A DNA stretch of 64,000 bases from Candidatus Latescibacterota bacterium (GCA_965204725.1 OZ242005.1:4659699-4723698); one strand, 5' to 3'; positions 16,904 through 26,688 are shown, numbered from the stretch's first letter. Translations and numbers: made by a program. Notes: a model not told the origin generated them from the sequence alone.

Positions 16904-19900
16904 CGGAACTCTCGCTTGAGGCCGATGCCCAGCCCATAGCTTTCGTACTTGCTTTGGGCCGAGCCGACGATGGTCAGAAAGGACTTGATTTTGTGCTCGA
17001 TCTGCACCTCGCCCGCCGCCATGTCTTTTAGTAGGGCCTCGTAGCGCACCCAGAGCGGCAGAGGCAACCCGCCGAGGTACTTGCCGGCGCGGAGGACGGG
17101 AGCCCCAGGCGAAGCACCGGCAATCGCGCTCGACGGCAGAACCGTGAATTCGTTAAGCCCCACCTTTTCGACTTGCTTGCTCAAAAGCTGGCCAGCGGCC
17201 GTGCCAAAGGCCACGGCCGCTGTATTAAAGGACGCGATGGTGTCGGGGTTGGCCATGTTAAAGGCCAGCAGGTTGACGATGCTTGGAAGGTCCAGCGGGT
17301 CCACATCTGAATCCTCCGAGTTTGCAGAAAACTCCGGCACGATTTTCTGCGTCGGCCCTCGCAGCGTCAAAATCACGTCGTATTTCGCGCCGGTCTGAAT
17401 GTCTTCGATGCCCTCGATCGCGGCCTGCACGTCGAGGGTGGGGTTCAGTTCGAGGGGGTCGTACATCACGTCGAGGATGGACTTAGTCGGCGCGAGGCGG
17501 TTTAAGACGACGCGCCCTCGGGTGATGGCAAACGGCTGGTTGAGTACGAAGACCTTCCCTTCGTCTATGGTGATGTCGCCTTGGAAGAGCGGCTTGTAGA
17601 AGGTGCCGCCGACCTCGACCGCACCGGACGCTTCGACCTCGGCTAGCTCGCTGTCGAGGGCGAGGCCGCGGAGATCGACCTCGACCGCGAGGGCCATGTT
17701 CTCCAAGAACTCGTTGCGCAAGGCCGGCGGTGGCGGTGGCGTGGGAAGCGTGAGAGCCACGAGGCTCGCCTCAGACTGCGGCCGGTCAATGCGGATGCGC
17801 CCCGCCAACTCGGATGCGCGAATCGAGCCGGCGAAAGATAGGTCCAAGTCGATGTCATCCGCCTCAAAGGACTGGGCGACGGCCTCGTAGTAGGAGGTCA
17901 TCCGCTCGGCTTGGAGCCGCAAGTCAAAGCTAGGGTCGTCGAGCCGCGCTAGGTTGAGCCGCCCGGCGAGCGACGCGCTGCGAAACCCCCGCTTAGGCTC
18001 GTTCTCAACGGCGAAACCCACCAATTCGACCTTCCGGCCCTTGAATTGCAACTGCCCGTCGGGCAGGGCGTACATCGGCTCGAGATCGAGCAGGGCAAAT
18101 TCGAGGTCCGCGACCCCTATTTGGCCCTGTAATGACAGCGTTGAGTCCAGCCCGTCGGCCCGGAGGTCCGCGCTAACCCGGCCGTCGAGATGGTCCAGTT
18201 CGGCGATTAGATCGCCGAGGAAGAGGAGGCCGATGCCGTTGGAACGCGCCGCTAGCCAGCCCTCGTCTAAGGAGAGCGCGCCGGCCGGCAAATCCCAAGG
18301 CACGCGACCGGTCACGATGAGGCTGTCGTCGAGCGAGGTCGTCCAGTTCAAGTGCCAATCGCCGCCGCCCCGATCGCCGACGAGCCGGCCGCGCAGCACC
18401 CCTAAGTCCTCGGTTGCCGCGTCCAGATCGACGGCGAGCTGGGGGGCGGATGCCGTACCGCTGACTTCGGCGCTGAGCTGGACCAGCCCCTTGGGGCCGC
18501 CGAAGAAAGCCAAGTCTGCGTCTTTAAGGGCCAACTCAATCTGCGAGTGCTCGGTGTCCGCCAGTTGGCCCGCCAGTCGCAAGGTGCCGGCTGGCTGGAG
18601 GGCGCGGTCGTCGCGGTCGTAACGCCACAAGCCAATCGCGACCGAGTCCAGCAGCACGCGGCCCTCCCCGAGCGCGAATCGCCCGCCGGACAAAAGGCCC
18701 AGCCGCAGCGAGTCGGCCGCTTGCGACTGGAGGGCCAAGCCGCGCACGTCGATATGCCCGGCCAAGTCCTGCCAGCGCGGCATGGCCCCCTCCAAGGCCG
18801 CTTCTAAGCGCCCTTCGAGATCGAGCCGCCCGTGCAGCGGGCGTCCCAAAGCATAACTGAGCACCGGCCCCAAGTCGGCCTCGACCGCCTCGATTGCGAG
18901 CTGGGCAGCGGCTTCCCCCGGCCCGAAGAGCGGGGCGGCTCGGCAGGTGAGCGCGAGGCGGACGCCGGCATCGGCGGTCAACTCGGCCCGGAGCGAATCC
19001 GCCAGCGCGAGGCGCAACTGAACATTGCCGAGGGCAAAGGTGTCGAGGCGCGTCTCCGCCAGCGTCACCACCCCCTGCGCCTCCGGTCTGGCCAGCGTCC
19101 CGCCAACTCGCAGATGCCCTGCGCCTGTCGCGCTGAGGTCGGGCACGAGGTTCGCCAGCGCAAGGCCCGGCAGGTCCACGGCAAACGCGAGCGAATCCCG
19201 CCCGATCTGACCGGAAAGGCCCACTAGGCCGACCGGCGTTTGCAAGTGTACCGCGGCGAGGTCCAAGCGTCCGTCTCCATAGTCGGCTCGGAGCGGACCG
19301 TAGCTCTGCAATGCCCATGCCCCCTGCCGCAGCAAGAGCGAGTCGAGCGCGAGGCTCCCTTGGGCCGCGTACAGGCTGTCCAACGGCCCTTCCCACCGCA
19401 AAGTACCGCTCAATGCGGTCACTGCCCCATCTGCTCCCCGCAACAAGGTGTCGGCGAAATCCGCTTGGGCCATTAAGTGCCCGGCCGCGTCTAGCTCCGC
19501 CAGTACGCTCACGCCCGACCCTCGGCCAGCGACCCGCGCCGCGCCTTGGTCCCAGCCCATGTCCAGCGCGAGTTCGCCGGTCTGCCACCCCGCGTACGCC
19601 AGCGGCGTAGTCGCGCTACGCCCGGCCAGCCGCAGCCCGTTGAGCGACAGCCCGCCTCCCCCGCGCAAATTCGCGTCGAGCTGTCCGCTCAACCCGGGCA
19701 TGACCCGCTCCAGCACCAGCCCGTTCACGGCGGCCGTCAGCGTATCGATCTCCTCGGTCGCTAGGTCGATGTCCGCCCGCGCCACCAAGAGATCGCGCTC
19801 TAAGCGCAGCGCGGTCGTGAGATAGCGGTTGGCAAACAGGTGTAGATCGGCCGAGAGCGGCCCGAACCCTTTGCCCAATTTGCCGGGGAGACGGCTGGTC

Positions 19901-21171
19901 GTTAGCTGCACCGCCAGCGTATCGGGCTTAGCCTGCCCGGCGATAGCTACGGGTGCTGCATCGCGCAAAAAGAACGCCGCCTGCACCGCGCCCTTGAGCG
20001 CGAGGTCGTAGTCCGCTAAGCTCGCAGAGCCGGTGGCCGTAAGCCCCAGCAAGGGCGATTGCAGGTTGAGATGAGTCGCCCCATCGGGCCGGTGCCAAGC
20101 CGTTATCTCGGCGTCGAACCGCCGATCGGGAAAAAAATCCACATCGCGCAGGCGGGCGGCAAAGTCCGCTGCATAGCGCTGGTGCTGCGTATTCACCCCA
20201 GCCGCGAGATCGAATTCCGCCCGTCCCGCCAAGGGCAAGTGGCCCACGAGTCCTAGGTCAAATCCCTCGCCGTGCAGATCGGTCTGCAAGCTGTCGCGGC
20301 CGGAAAAGTAAGTCGCCCCGCCCGTCAGGGTGCCGTCAAACAAAGAGACGAGTAGAGAGTCCAAGACGAAGCGCGTACTATCGGCCTGTACGCGCCCGCG
20401 GAGATCCACCGCGGAGACCGCCGGTGCGCTACCCTTGCCGCTAAGCGTCCCGCGCAGTTGCAGCGGCACCAACGCCCCGCCTATGTCCGCTGCTAGGGAA
20501 CCCCGCGTGGAATCGGCCTCTACCGTCGCCTCGGCGGCCACCTGTAAAGGCCGCGGCAGTTTCAGCCCCAAGGTAAACGAGGCTTGCAAAGCGGCCCTTA
20601 GACTGTCGCTAAGGCCCACGGCCTGTAGCTCGCCGCGGTCAATGCGGTGCGGACTGAGTTCGAGATCGAGCGTTAGCGAGCGCAACGGCACTCCTTGCCA
20701 TTCGGACAAGGCCAGTTCTAGGTGCGCCGAGGTGTCGGCTACCGAGCGATACGCACCGCGCCAGTCCCGCGCCACGATCCGCGTTTCGCCCAACTGCCAA
20801 TCGAGCACCCCGGCGGTCGCGCTGAGGTTGGGGAGGAAGGCGAGGGGCAACTCGATATCCGCCGCGGTCGCCGCCTTCGCCGCGGTGCTTGGCTCAATCC
20901 GCACCGTGGGTGCCCGCATTTCGACGGCCCAAGACCACGGTCGCACGGCGAGATGCTCGACATCAACAGCCACCCCCAGCGCGGGGTTTTGGCACTGTAC
21001 GTCGGAAAAGAAAAACCCGTAGAGCAAGCCCCCCCCGCGACCGCCGACGGCGACCTGCCACCCCCCAACTCCGCGCTCTAGCAGGTGCGCGAGCGTGGCC
21101 GGTCCTAACGGCGTGAACGCGACGAGGCCGAGGACCAAAACGGTCGCGGCCCCGAACAGCTTCTTTTTCAT
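16900..21171 (-). CDS. TamB-like translocation and assembly module protein (DUF490-type C-terminus)
   Basis: 1423 aa with an N-terminal membrane anchor, a long repetitive beta-rich body and a C-terminal ...YGLGIGLKREFR. Its stop overlaps the start of the Omp85 gene. Confidence 0.8.
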   Translation of the reverse strand: MKKKLFGAATVLVLGLVAFTPLGPATLAHLLERGVGGWQVAVGGRGGGLLYGFFFSDVQCQNPALGVAVDVEHLAVRPWSWAVEMRAPTVRIEPSTAAKAATAADIELPLAFLPNLSATAGVLDWQLGETRIVARDWRGAYRSVADTSAHLELALSEWQGVPLRSLTLDLELSPHRIDRGELQAVGLSDSLRAALQASFTLGLKLPRPLQVAAEATVEADSTRGSLAADIGGALVPLQLRGTLSGKGSAPAVSAVDLRGRVQADSTRFVLDSLLVSLFDGTLTGGATYFSGRDSLQTDLHGEGFDLGLVGHLPLAGRAEFDLAAGVNTQHQRYAADFAARLRDVDFFPDRRFDAEITAWHRPDGATHLNLQSPLLGLTATGSASLADYDLALKGAVQAAFFLRDAAPVAIAGQAKPDTLAVQLTTSRLPGKLGKGFGPLSADLHLFANRYLTTALRLERDLLVARADIDLATEEIDTLTAAVNGLVLERVMPGLSGQLDANLRGGGGLSLNGLRLAGRSATTPLAYAGWQTGELALDMGWDQGAARVAGRGSGVSVLAELDAAGHLMAQADFADTLLRGADGAVTALSGTLRWEGPLDSLYAAQGSLALDSLLLRQGAWALQSYGPLRADYGDGRLDLAAVHLQTPVGLVGLSGQIGRDSLAFAVDLPGLALANLVPDLSATGAGHLRVGGTLARPEAQGVVTLAETRLDTFALGNVQLRLALADSLRAELTADAGVRLALTCRAAPLFGPGEAAAQLAIEAVEADLGPVLSYALGRPLHGRLDLEGRLEAALEGAMPRWQDLAGHIDVRGLALQSQAADSLRLGLLSGGRFALGEGRVLLDSVAIGLWRYDRDDRALQPAGTLRLAGQLADTEHSQIELALKDADLAFFGGPKGLVQLSAEVSGTASAPQLAVDLDAATEDLGVLRGRLVGDRGGGDWHLNWTTSLDDSLIVTGRVPWDLPAGALSLDEGWLAARSNGIGLLFLGDLIAELDHLDGRVSADLRADGLDSTLSLQGQIGVADLEFALLDLEPMYALPDGQLQFKGRKVELVGFAVENEPKRGFRSASLAGRLNLARLDDPSFDLRLQAERMTSYYEAVAQSFEADDIDLDLSFAGSIRASELAGRIRIDRPQSEASLVALTLPTPPPPPALRNEFLENMALAVEVDLRGLALDSELAEVEASGAVEVGGTFYKPLFQGDITIDEGKVFVLNQPFAITRGRVVLNRLAPTKSILDVMYDPLELNPTLDVQAAIEGIEDIQTGAKYDVILTLRGPTQKIVPEFSANSEDSDVDPLDLPSIVNLLAFNMANPDTIASFNTAAVAFGTAAGQLLSKQVEKVGLNEFTVLPSSAIAGASPGAPVLRAGKYLGGLPLPLWVRYEALLKDMAAGEVQIEHKIKSFLTIVGSAQSKYESYGLGIGLKREFR

Positions 21172-21998
21172 TTGGATTTGAGGCGGGTCAGGGCCTTGGA
21201 CACGTGGAAGAGCGAGTCGGGCAACGGCGCGTGCGCCATGGTCTTGATCGTGCGCTCCAAGCGGAACACTTGGCTGGTCTTGTCCTTTCCGGGGAGCTTG
21301 ACGGCGGCCGTCAGGGTTGAGCGCAACGCGAAGCCTTTGAGTTCCTCGGCGTTTTCTAGCTGGTCGCTCAGGGCCTTGTGGTCTTCTAGCCCTTCCAGCC
21401 CGCCGCCGATTAGCGACGGATAGGACGTGCGAGCGTCCTGCAAGGCCGCAAAGGCCGAGATCTCCTGAGAGCCGGGGAATTGCTTGGCAATACAGGCATC
21501 GTACGTGTAGCGGTTTTCGCGGCGGAGCTTTTGGGTTTTGGGTTCGAGGTAGCGGGCGCGCATCTGGGCGACGACCCGCTGGCAGGAAATTCCAGCGATG
21601 CGCAGGGTGTCTCCCGGCACCTTGACCGCAAGGGCCACCTGTGGTCCGCTTGGGGCGGCTTCCGGCTTGGCAGCGGCCTTGCGCGCCGGCGGGGCTTTCT
21701 GCTGGACAAAGGTCTGGGCCGTCAAGTCAATTTCGTACACTTGCACTTGGTCCAGCCGCAAAATGGTGCATGTGTTGAGAGGCTGGCCCTGCTGCCGGAG
21801 GACCTTTGCCGTTTTCGCATCGGCCTCAATCCGCTGCTCGACCCGCTGGCTCGTGCCCTTGATGTAAATTTTGTTGGTCGTCTTGCGCGCTCCAGCTTTG
21901 TCTTTGCCAAAGCCGCGATTGACGACCTCTTCCTCAAAGTACACATCGGCCCCCGCGCTCGCGGCCCCGGCAAGCAATGCACATAACAGCAAGATCAT
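21168..21998 (-). CDS. secreted hypothetical protein (DUF4412/LolA-like impression)
   Basis: The start is placed at the internal ATG giving a signal peptide, MILLLCALLAGAASAGA. The segment KIYIKGTSQRVEQ resembles DUF4412 proteins. Its stop overlaps the tamB-like start (ATGA). Confidence 0.5.
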   Translation of the reverse strand: MILLLCALLAGAASAGADVYFEEEVVNRGFGKDKAGARKTTNKIYIKGTSQRVEQRIEADAKTAKVLRQQGQPLNTCTILRLDQVQVYEIDLTAQTFVQQKAPPARKAAAKPEAAPSGPQVALAVKVPGDTLRIAGISCQRVVAQMRARYLEPKTQKLRRENRYTYDACIAKQFPGSQEISAFAALQDARTSYPSLIGGGLEGLEDHKALSDQLENAEELKGFALRSTLTAAVKLPGKDKTSQVFRLERTIKTMAHAPLPDSLFHVSKALTRLKSK

Positions 21999-22118
21999 GC
22001 TCGCACTCTCCTGTGATGAGGTGGAACGATAATATAGCGAAACGCGGTGGGTAGCCCATAAGCAAAAGGCCCCTACCCGCAAGGGCGAGGGGCCTCCAAG
22101 CACTTGCCGCGCCTGCTA

Positions 22119-22793
22119 TTACTCGTCTGAGCCGCGCATGAGCAACATGGACGCTAGCTGTAGCACGGCGGTGGCTGCTGTTGCTACGTAGGTCATGGCT
22201 GCTGCGTTGAGCACCTTCCGGGCCGAGCGCACCTCGTCGCTGGCTAGGTAGCCCTGCGAGAGGAGCGCCATGGCCCGCGAACTGGCATTGAACTCTACCG
22301 GCAGGGTGACGATTTGGAAGAGCACTGCGCCGGCGAAGAACAAGATGCCGATATTCATCAGGCCGGCGGCCCCGAAGAACATCCCCGCCATAATCAAAGG
22401 AAAGCCCAGCGTTGATCCCAAGTTGGCGACGGGCAGGATCGCGTGTCGCAGATTGAGCGGCACATAGCCGTGGGCGTGTTGGATCGCGTGACCGACCTCG
22501 TGCGCGGCCACGGCCAAGCCGGCTAGGTGATTCCCGTGGAAGTTGTCCGAAGAGAGGCGCACGGCTTTGGCGCGGGGGTCGTAGTGATCGGAAAGCATCC
22601 CGCCGGTCTCCTCAACCGACACGTCGTATATGCGTTGCTGTTGCAGGATGCGCCGCGCGGTCTCAGCACCCCAAAGGCGCGAGGCCGAAGCCACTTGGCT
22701 GTACTTTTTGAAGGCACTGCGGACCCGCATCTGGGCCCAGCCGACTAAGAGGATCGGCAGAATGAAAAACGGACTAAAAAGAAACGATAACAT
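22119..22793 (-). CDS. membrane zinc metallopeptidase (Zn_peptidase_2 / YugP-like)
   Basis: 224 aa with an HEVGHAIQH zincin motif and flanking transmembrane segments. Confidence 0.8.
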   Translation of the reverse strand: MLSFLFSPFFILPILLVGWAQMRVRSAFKKYSQVASASRLWGAETARRILQQQRIYDVSVEETGGMLSDHYDPRAKAVRLSSDNFHGNHLAGLAVAAHEVGHAIQHAHGYVPLNLRHAILPVANLGSTLGFPLIMAGMFFGAAGLMNIGILFFAGAVLFQIVTLPVEFNASSRAMALLSQGYLASDEVRSARKVLNAAAMTYVATAATAVLQLASMLLMRGSDE

Positions 22794-22901
22794 CGCATCA
22801 TCTCCTCACTATGCGAAGGGCTTTTAGTTGGGACGCGCAAGGGACGCCCTGAGTTTCTCAGCGAGAATAACGAAAGCACTCGACCATCGCAAGAAAAGGA
22901 C

Positions 22902-23558
22902 TTAGACGTCCTCTTCAGCAGGCAGGGAAAGGGCCGGGGGCACGACGACGCCCGCCGAGACGATCATCTTCAGGGCCTCTTCGACGCCGAGTTCGGTGGG
23001 ACGCAACTGTTCGGGCGGCACGATGAGCATAAAGCCGGTTGTGGGATTGGGCGCCGTGGGGACGAAGATGCTGTGCGCTGGCACTGCTTCGGCCTCGCGG
23101 GGGACATCGCCGGCCAAAAAGCCCAAGGTCCACAGCCCGGTGCGCGGATATTCGACGAGCACGACTTTCTCAAAGCCGGCCTTGCTTGGAGAGGTCAGCG
23201 TCTCCATGAGCTGCTGCACGGGCGCGTAGATCGTGCGCACCAACGGCAGGCCCTCTAACGCTCCGCGTCCGTATCGCAATAGGCTGCGCCCCACTACGTT
23301 GGCAGCGAATGCGCCGACGATCCAGAGAATGACGAAGGTCAGCACAAAGCCCAAGCCGGGGATGTGGAATTCGGGATAGCCCAACGGCTTGGCCATTTGG
23401 CGAATCAACGGCGCGGAGAAGCCGTCGGCCCAGTTGAACAGCGTCTTGAGTACCCAGCCGGTGACCCACAGGGGCGCGATGATCGTCAGACCGGCCATGA
23501 TCGTGCGCCGAAGCCGCTGTAGCCGAGTAGTGCTCTGGCGCAGGGGCGTCTCACTCAT
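22902..23558 (-). CDS. DUF502 family membrane protein
   Basis: 218 aa. The N-terminal TM pair with ...GLTIIAPLWVTGWVL... and the later IFVPTAPNPTTGF segment are typical of DUF502. Confidence 0.7.
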   Translation of the reverse strand: MSETPLRQSTTRLQRLRRTIMAGLTIIAPLWVTGWVLKTLFNWADGFSAPLIRQMAKPLGYPEFHIPGLGFVLTFVILWIVGAFAANVVGRSLLRYGRGALEGLPLVRTIYAPVQQLMETLTSPSKAGFEKVVLVEYPRTGLWTLGFLAGDVPREAEAVPAHSIFVPTAPNPTTGFMLIVPPEQLRPTELGVEEALKMIVSAGVVVPPALSLPAEEDV

Positions 23559-23679
23559 AGCGCGATTTATCCATGTACATTGGCATTTTTTGAATATCCA
23601 ACCGGGTCAAATTACTGTCAACAACGGATGCCCTTGCTCAGGGCTTACGCTTTTTGCGCGATGGCTTATTTTATCCTTT

Positions 23680-24354
23680 ATGACAACGACAGCAATTCTA
23701 TTCAGCGGCGGCATGGACTCGACCACCTTGCTCTGGTGGCTGAAGGAGCGGCAACAAGACCCCATCCACGCCATTAGCATTGACTATGGCCAGCGCCACC
23801 GCGTCGAGCTCGAATGCGCCACCCGCCTCGCCCGCTGCGCCGAGGTCGCGTCCCACGAGATGCTCGCGTTGGATTCGGCGGCCCTAGGCGGCAATCCGCT
23901 GACCGACCTCACGCTGGACGTGCCCACCGCTGAGTCCAAACGCCAACGCGACACCATCGTTCCCTTCCGCAACATGCTCTTTGCAACGCTAGCGGCGGCC
24001 TATTGTGTAACCAAGGGCATTGTCGATCTGTATATGGCGCCGGTCAAAGACGACTACGCGGCCTATCGAGACTGCCGTCGCCCCTTTTTCGATAATCTCG
24101 AACAGAGCCTGCGCTTGGGAGCGGCCCACGACGCGCCTTGGGCGATCCACACGCCCTTTGTCAAGCTGCGGAAGCGAGACATCGTTGCCATCGGGCTCCA
24201 GCTCGGCGTTCCCTACGGGGAAACTCACACCTGCTATGAGGGCGTCCGGCCAGCCTGCGGCTTGTGCGACGCCTGCTGCGAGCGGCTCGCGGCCTTTGCG
24301 GCGATCCGCGCCAGCGACCCCCTAGAATACGTTGCTGGCGAGCAGACGCCGTGA
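23680..24354 (+). CDS. queC: 7-cyano-7-deazaguanine (preQ0) synthase
   Basis: The start is placed at the internal ATG (MTTTAILFSGGMDSTT PP-loop). The C-terminal Zn-binding Cys cluster CGLCDACCERL is present. The 5' extension in the ORF track overlaps the divergent gene and is rejected. Confidence 0.9.
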   Translation: MTTTAILFSGGMDSTTLLWWLKERQQDPIHAISIDYGQRHRVELECATRLARCAEVASHEMLALDSAALGGNPLTDLTLDVPTAESKRQRDTIVPFRNMLFATLAAAYCVTKGIVDLYMAPVKDDYAAYRDCRRPFFDNLEQSLRLGAAHDAPWAIHTPFVKLRKRDIVAIGLQLGVPYGETHTCYEGVRPACGLCDACCERLAAFAAIRASDPLEYVAGEQTP

Positions 24355-24989
24355 CCAACCAGTCGGAGCCTGCCGAAGAGCGCGTCGATCGCTTGCCGGT
24401 ATGGAGCGACTCGGGGCGCGTCTTGCAGGTCAACGACATATTCTACTCGATTGAGGGCGAGGGGCTGCGCGTCGGCGAGCCGACCACTTTTGTGCGCTTG
24501 GCGCGCTGCAATCTGCGCTGCCCATTCTGCGACACCGAGTTTGACCGCTTCACTCCAATGGACATCGAGGACATTGCCGCCGAGGTGGCGCGCCATCCGG
24601 CCGAATGGGTGTGCTTGACCGGCGGCGAGCCTTTGGGCCAAAACCTCGCGGTGCTGGTCGGTCGGCTCAAAGAAGCGGGCTACAAGCTCCACGTTGAGAC
24701 CAACGGCACTATCGCGCCCGATCCGGCGCTGTTCGAGCTAATTGACCATTGGACCGTGTCGCCTAAGTGCTACCCGGTCGTCGCTGGTTTTGGGCGCATT
24801 ACCGAGCTCAAATACGTCGTCGGCCGGGCTTTCCGCGAGGAGCGCGTCGAGGAGCAACTCGCCGACTACGTCTATTTGCAGCCCGAATCCTCTGAGCCGC
24901 GCTACGTGCAGAAGGCCCTCGACATACTCAAGCGCCATCCGCGCTGGCGCCTCTCCACCCGCATCCACAAGACGCTCGGCCTGCCTTGA
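24351..24989 (+). CDS. queE: 7-carboxy-7-deazaguanine synthase (radical SAM)
   Basis: The GTG start overlaps the queC stop (GTGA). FYSIEGEG and the CNLRCPFCDT Cx3Cx2C cluster are present. Confidence 0.85.
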   Translation: MTNQSEPAEERVDRLPVWSDSGRVLQVNDIFYSIEGEGLRVGEPTTFVRLARCNLRCPFCDTEFDRFTPMDIEDIAAEVARHPAEWVCLTGGEPLGQNLAVLVGRLKEAGYKLHVETNGTIAPDPALFELIDHWTVSPKCYPVVAGFGRITELKYVVGRAFREERVEEQLADYVYLQPESSEPRYVQKALDILKRHPRWRLSTRIHKTLGLP

Positions 24990-25035
24990 GAAGATGCCCC
25001 CACTTGATTCCCGCTTTCGCCGGAAAGGAGCTCCC

Positions 25036-25899
25036 ATGCCCAACGTAGCCGAAATTTACAAGTTCGACGAGCTTACTTGGCCCGAAGTCAACCAAGCCGT
25101 AGCCATGGGCAAAATTCCCATCATACCCACCGGCTCGGTTGAACAACACGGCCACCACCTCCCGCTCAAGGTGGATCACCTCTGCGCCAACGCGGTGGCG
25201 ACCGAAGCCGCTCGTTTAAGGCCCGAGCTCGCCCTCGTCCTGCCGCCGGTGAGCTACGGCTATGTCCACCACGTGATGGACTTCCCGGGTTCGCTCAACA
25301 TCCACCACGAGCACTTCGTCCAATACGTCCTCGACATCACCAAGAGCTTGGCCTATCACGGCTTCAAGAAGATGATTCTCGTCAATGGCCACGGTTCCAA
25401 CCACAACCTCGTGGACATGGTCGCTCGGCGCACCATCGTCGAGACCGACGCGAGCTGCACGTTTTGCTCGTGGTGGCATCTGCTCCGGGTCCATCCCGGC
25501 TTCGACGAAAAATGGCGAGAGAGCGTGTATCCGGGGGGCTGTTCGCACGCCGGTGAGTTGGAAACCTCAATGATGCTGTATCTCGCGCCGGAGAGCGTGC
25601 GCCAAGACAAGATCAAGAGCGAGATCGCCAAGACGAACCAGCTCGGCTCCAAGTTTGTGTACACCGACCTGTTCGGGCACGGGCCGATGGGCTTGATCGA
25701 ATGGACGAGTCAGTATTCGGACAGCGGGGTGATGGGCGAGGCAGAGAAGGCCACGGCTGAGAAGGGCAAAATCGTCTTTGAGGAGGCGAGCCAAAACTTG
25801 GCCGAATTTGTCGAGGAATACCACGCGATGAAAATTGAGCCGCGCACTCGGCGACAGGACCAAGCGCCGACCATTCCGCTGTCGTTTGCGACGGATTAG
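25036..25899 (+). CDS. creatininase-fold amidohydrolase family protein
   Basis: The start is placed at an ATG preceded by AAAGGAG. The IPTGSVEQHGHHLPL motif is characteristic of the creatininase family. Confidence 0.8.
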   Translation: MPNVAEIYKFDELTWPEVNQAVAMGKIPIIPTGSVEQHGHHLPLKVDHLCANAVATEAARLRPELALVLPPVSYGYVHHVMDFPGSLNIHHEHFVQYVLDITKSLAYHGFKKMILVNGHGSNHNLVDMVARRTIVETDASCTFCSWWHLLRVHPGFDEKWRESVYPGGCSHAGELETSMMLYLAPESVRQDKIKSEIAKTNQLGSKFVYTDLFGHGPMGLIEWTSQYSDSGVMGEAEKATAEKGKIVFEEASQNLAEFVEEYHAMKIEPRTRRQDQAPTIPLSFATD

Positions 25900-25949
25900 A
25901 ATGCAATCTGTCAGATGTCCGTTGCGTAGCGCATACATGGAGACACGAC

Positions 25950-26219
25950 GTGATGAAGAGAACATTGACCATTGACTACGGCGATGAGGTCCTACTGGCC
26001 TTGGGATGTTCACCCAAGCAATTCAGTGAAGAGGCCAAGCTCCTCGTCGCCATCAAGCTCTACGAGTTGGGACGGCTGTCCTCGGGGGCGGCAGCCAAGT
26101 TAGCCGACATACCCAAGCCCTTGTTCCTAACGAAGCTAGCCGACTATGGCGTCGATTCCTTCCAACTGACCGAGGAAGACCTCCAACAGGACTTGGCTAG
26201 TGCCCGACGTCATCTGTAA
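25950..26219 (+). CDS. UPF0175 family putative antitoxin
   Basis: 89 aa. The segment ...AIKLYELGRLSSGAAAKLADIPKPLFLTKLADYGV is typical of UPF0175. It overlaps the downstream DUF3368 gene. Confidence 0.7.
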   Translation: MMKRTLTIDYGDEVLLALGCSPKQFSEEAKLLVAIKLYELGRLSSGAAAKLADIPKPLFLTKLADYGVDSFQLTEEDLQQDLASARRHL

Positions 26220-26688
26220 TACTTCTCCGCTCCAGTACCTACACCAAGCAGGCGTGTTGGAACTTCTGCCGGCACTCGCCGGACAAGTGTACGTCCCGGA
26301 AGCAGTGGTAGTAGAGCTGCGAGAGGGGCAGCGTCGGAATATACTTCTGCCTACGCTGGAGGAGTTTGCTTGGCTGACCGTGCGGCCGGTGCGAGACCGG
26401 ACACTGCTACCGCTGGTCACGCATCTTGGGGATGGCGAGAAGGAAGTGCTTGCCTTGGGACTGGAAACAGAGGATGCCCTGCTGATCCTCGATGATAGAG
26501 ACGCACGGCGGTATGCGCGAGCACTGGAGTTGGAGATATCCGGCACCCTCGGCCTCTTGTTGCAGGCCAAGGAGCGCGGCATTCTCGATGCGGTCCGGCC
26601 CGTTTTGGATCGTCTTCAAGGACTGGGGTTCCGGCTGAACGCTAGGACGCGCCAGATGGTGCTGAAGTGTGCCAACGAGACGATGTGA
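26200..26688 (+). CDS. DUF3368 (PIN-like) putative toxin
   Basis: 162 aa. The N-terminus VICNTSPLQYLHQAGVLELLPAL...VPEAVVVEL is typical of DUF3368 PIN-like proteins that pair with UPF0175. Confidence 0.7.
   Translation: MPDVICNTSPLQYLHQAGVLELLPALAGQVYVPEAVVVELREGQRRNILLPTLEEFAWLTVRPVRDRTLLPLVTHLGDGEKEVLALGLETEDALLILDDRDARRYARALELEISGTLGLLLQAKERGILDAVRPVLDRLQGLGFRLNARTRQMVLKCANETM

Noticed and set aside
18536-19588. 350-aa Arg/Gly/Pro-rich ORF on the minus strand inside the tamB-like gene. Similar long alternative-frame ORFs occur at 34361-35365, 36159-36866, 39185-39793, 43878-44795, 47786-48886, 48130-49071, 52678-53616 and 62975-63865.
   Set aside because: All are nested in, or antisense to, ORFs with clear family signatures. 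Their low-complexity R/G/P/A composition is typical of off-frame translation of high-GC DNA. No start context or motif supports them.
23389-23679. 5' extensions of ORFs in the track. These cover queC from 23389, the creatininase gene from 24742, the EVE gene from 37440, the MDR dehydrogenase from 38060, the FAH gene from 29414, the ABC permeases, the GH172-like gene, the enolase genes and others.
   Set aside because: The extensions overlap neighbouring genes and have junk-like composition. In each case an internal ATG or GTG with a Shine-Dalgarno sequence coincides with the conserved family N-terminus.
23559-23679. Possible preQ1 riboswitch upstream of queC.
   Set aside because: I could not find the conserved preQ1-I core with its A-rich tail (..AAAAAACUA..) or a preQ1-II-like motif. 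Only a weak hairpin with a U-run is present. A covariance-model scan is still needed.
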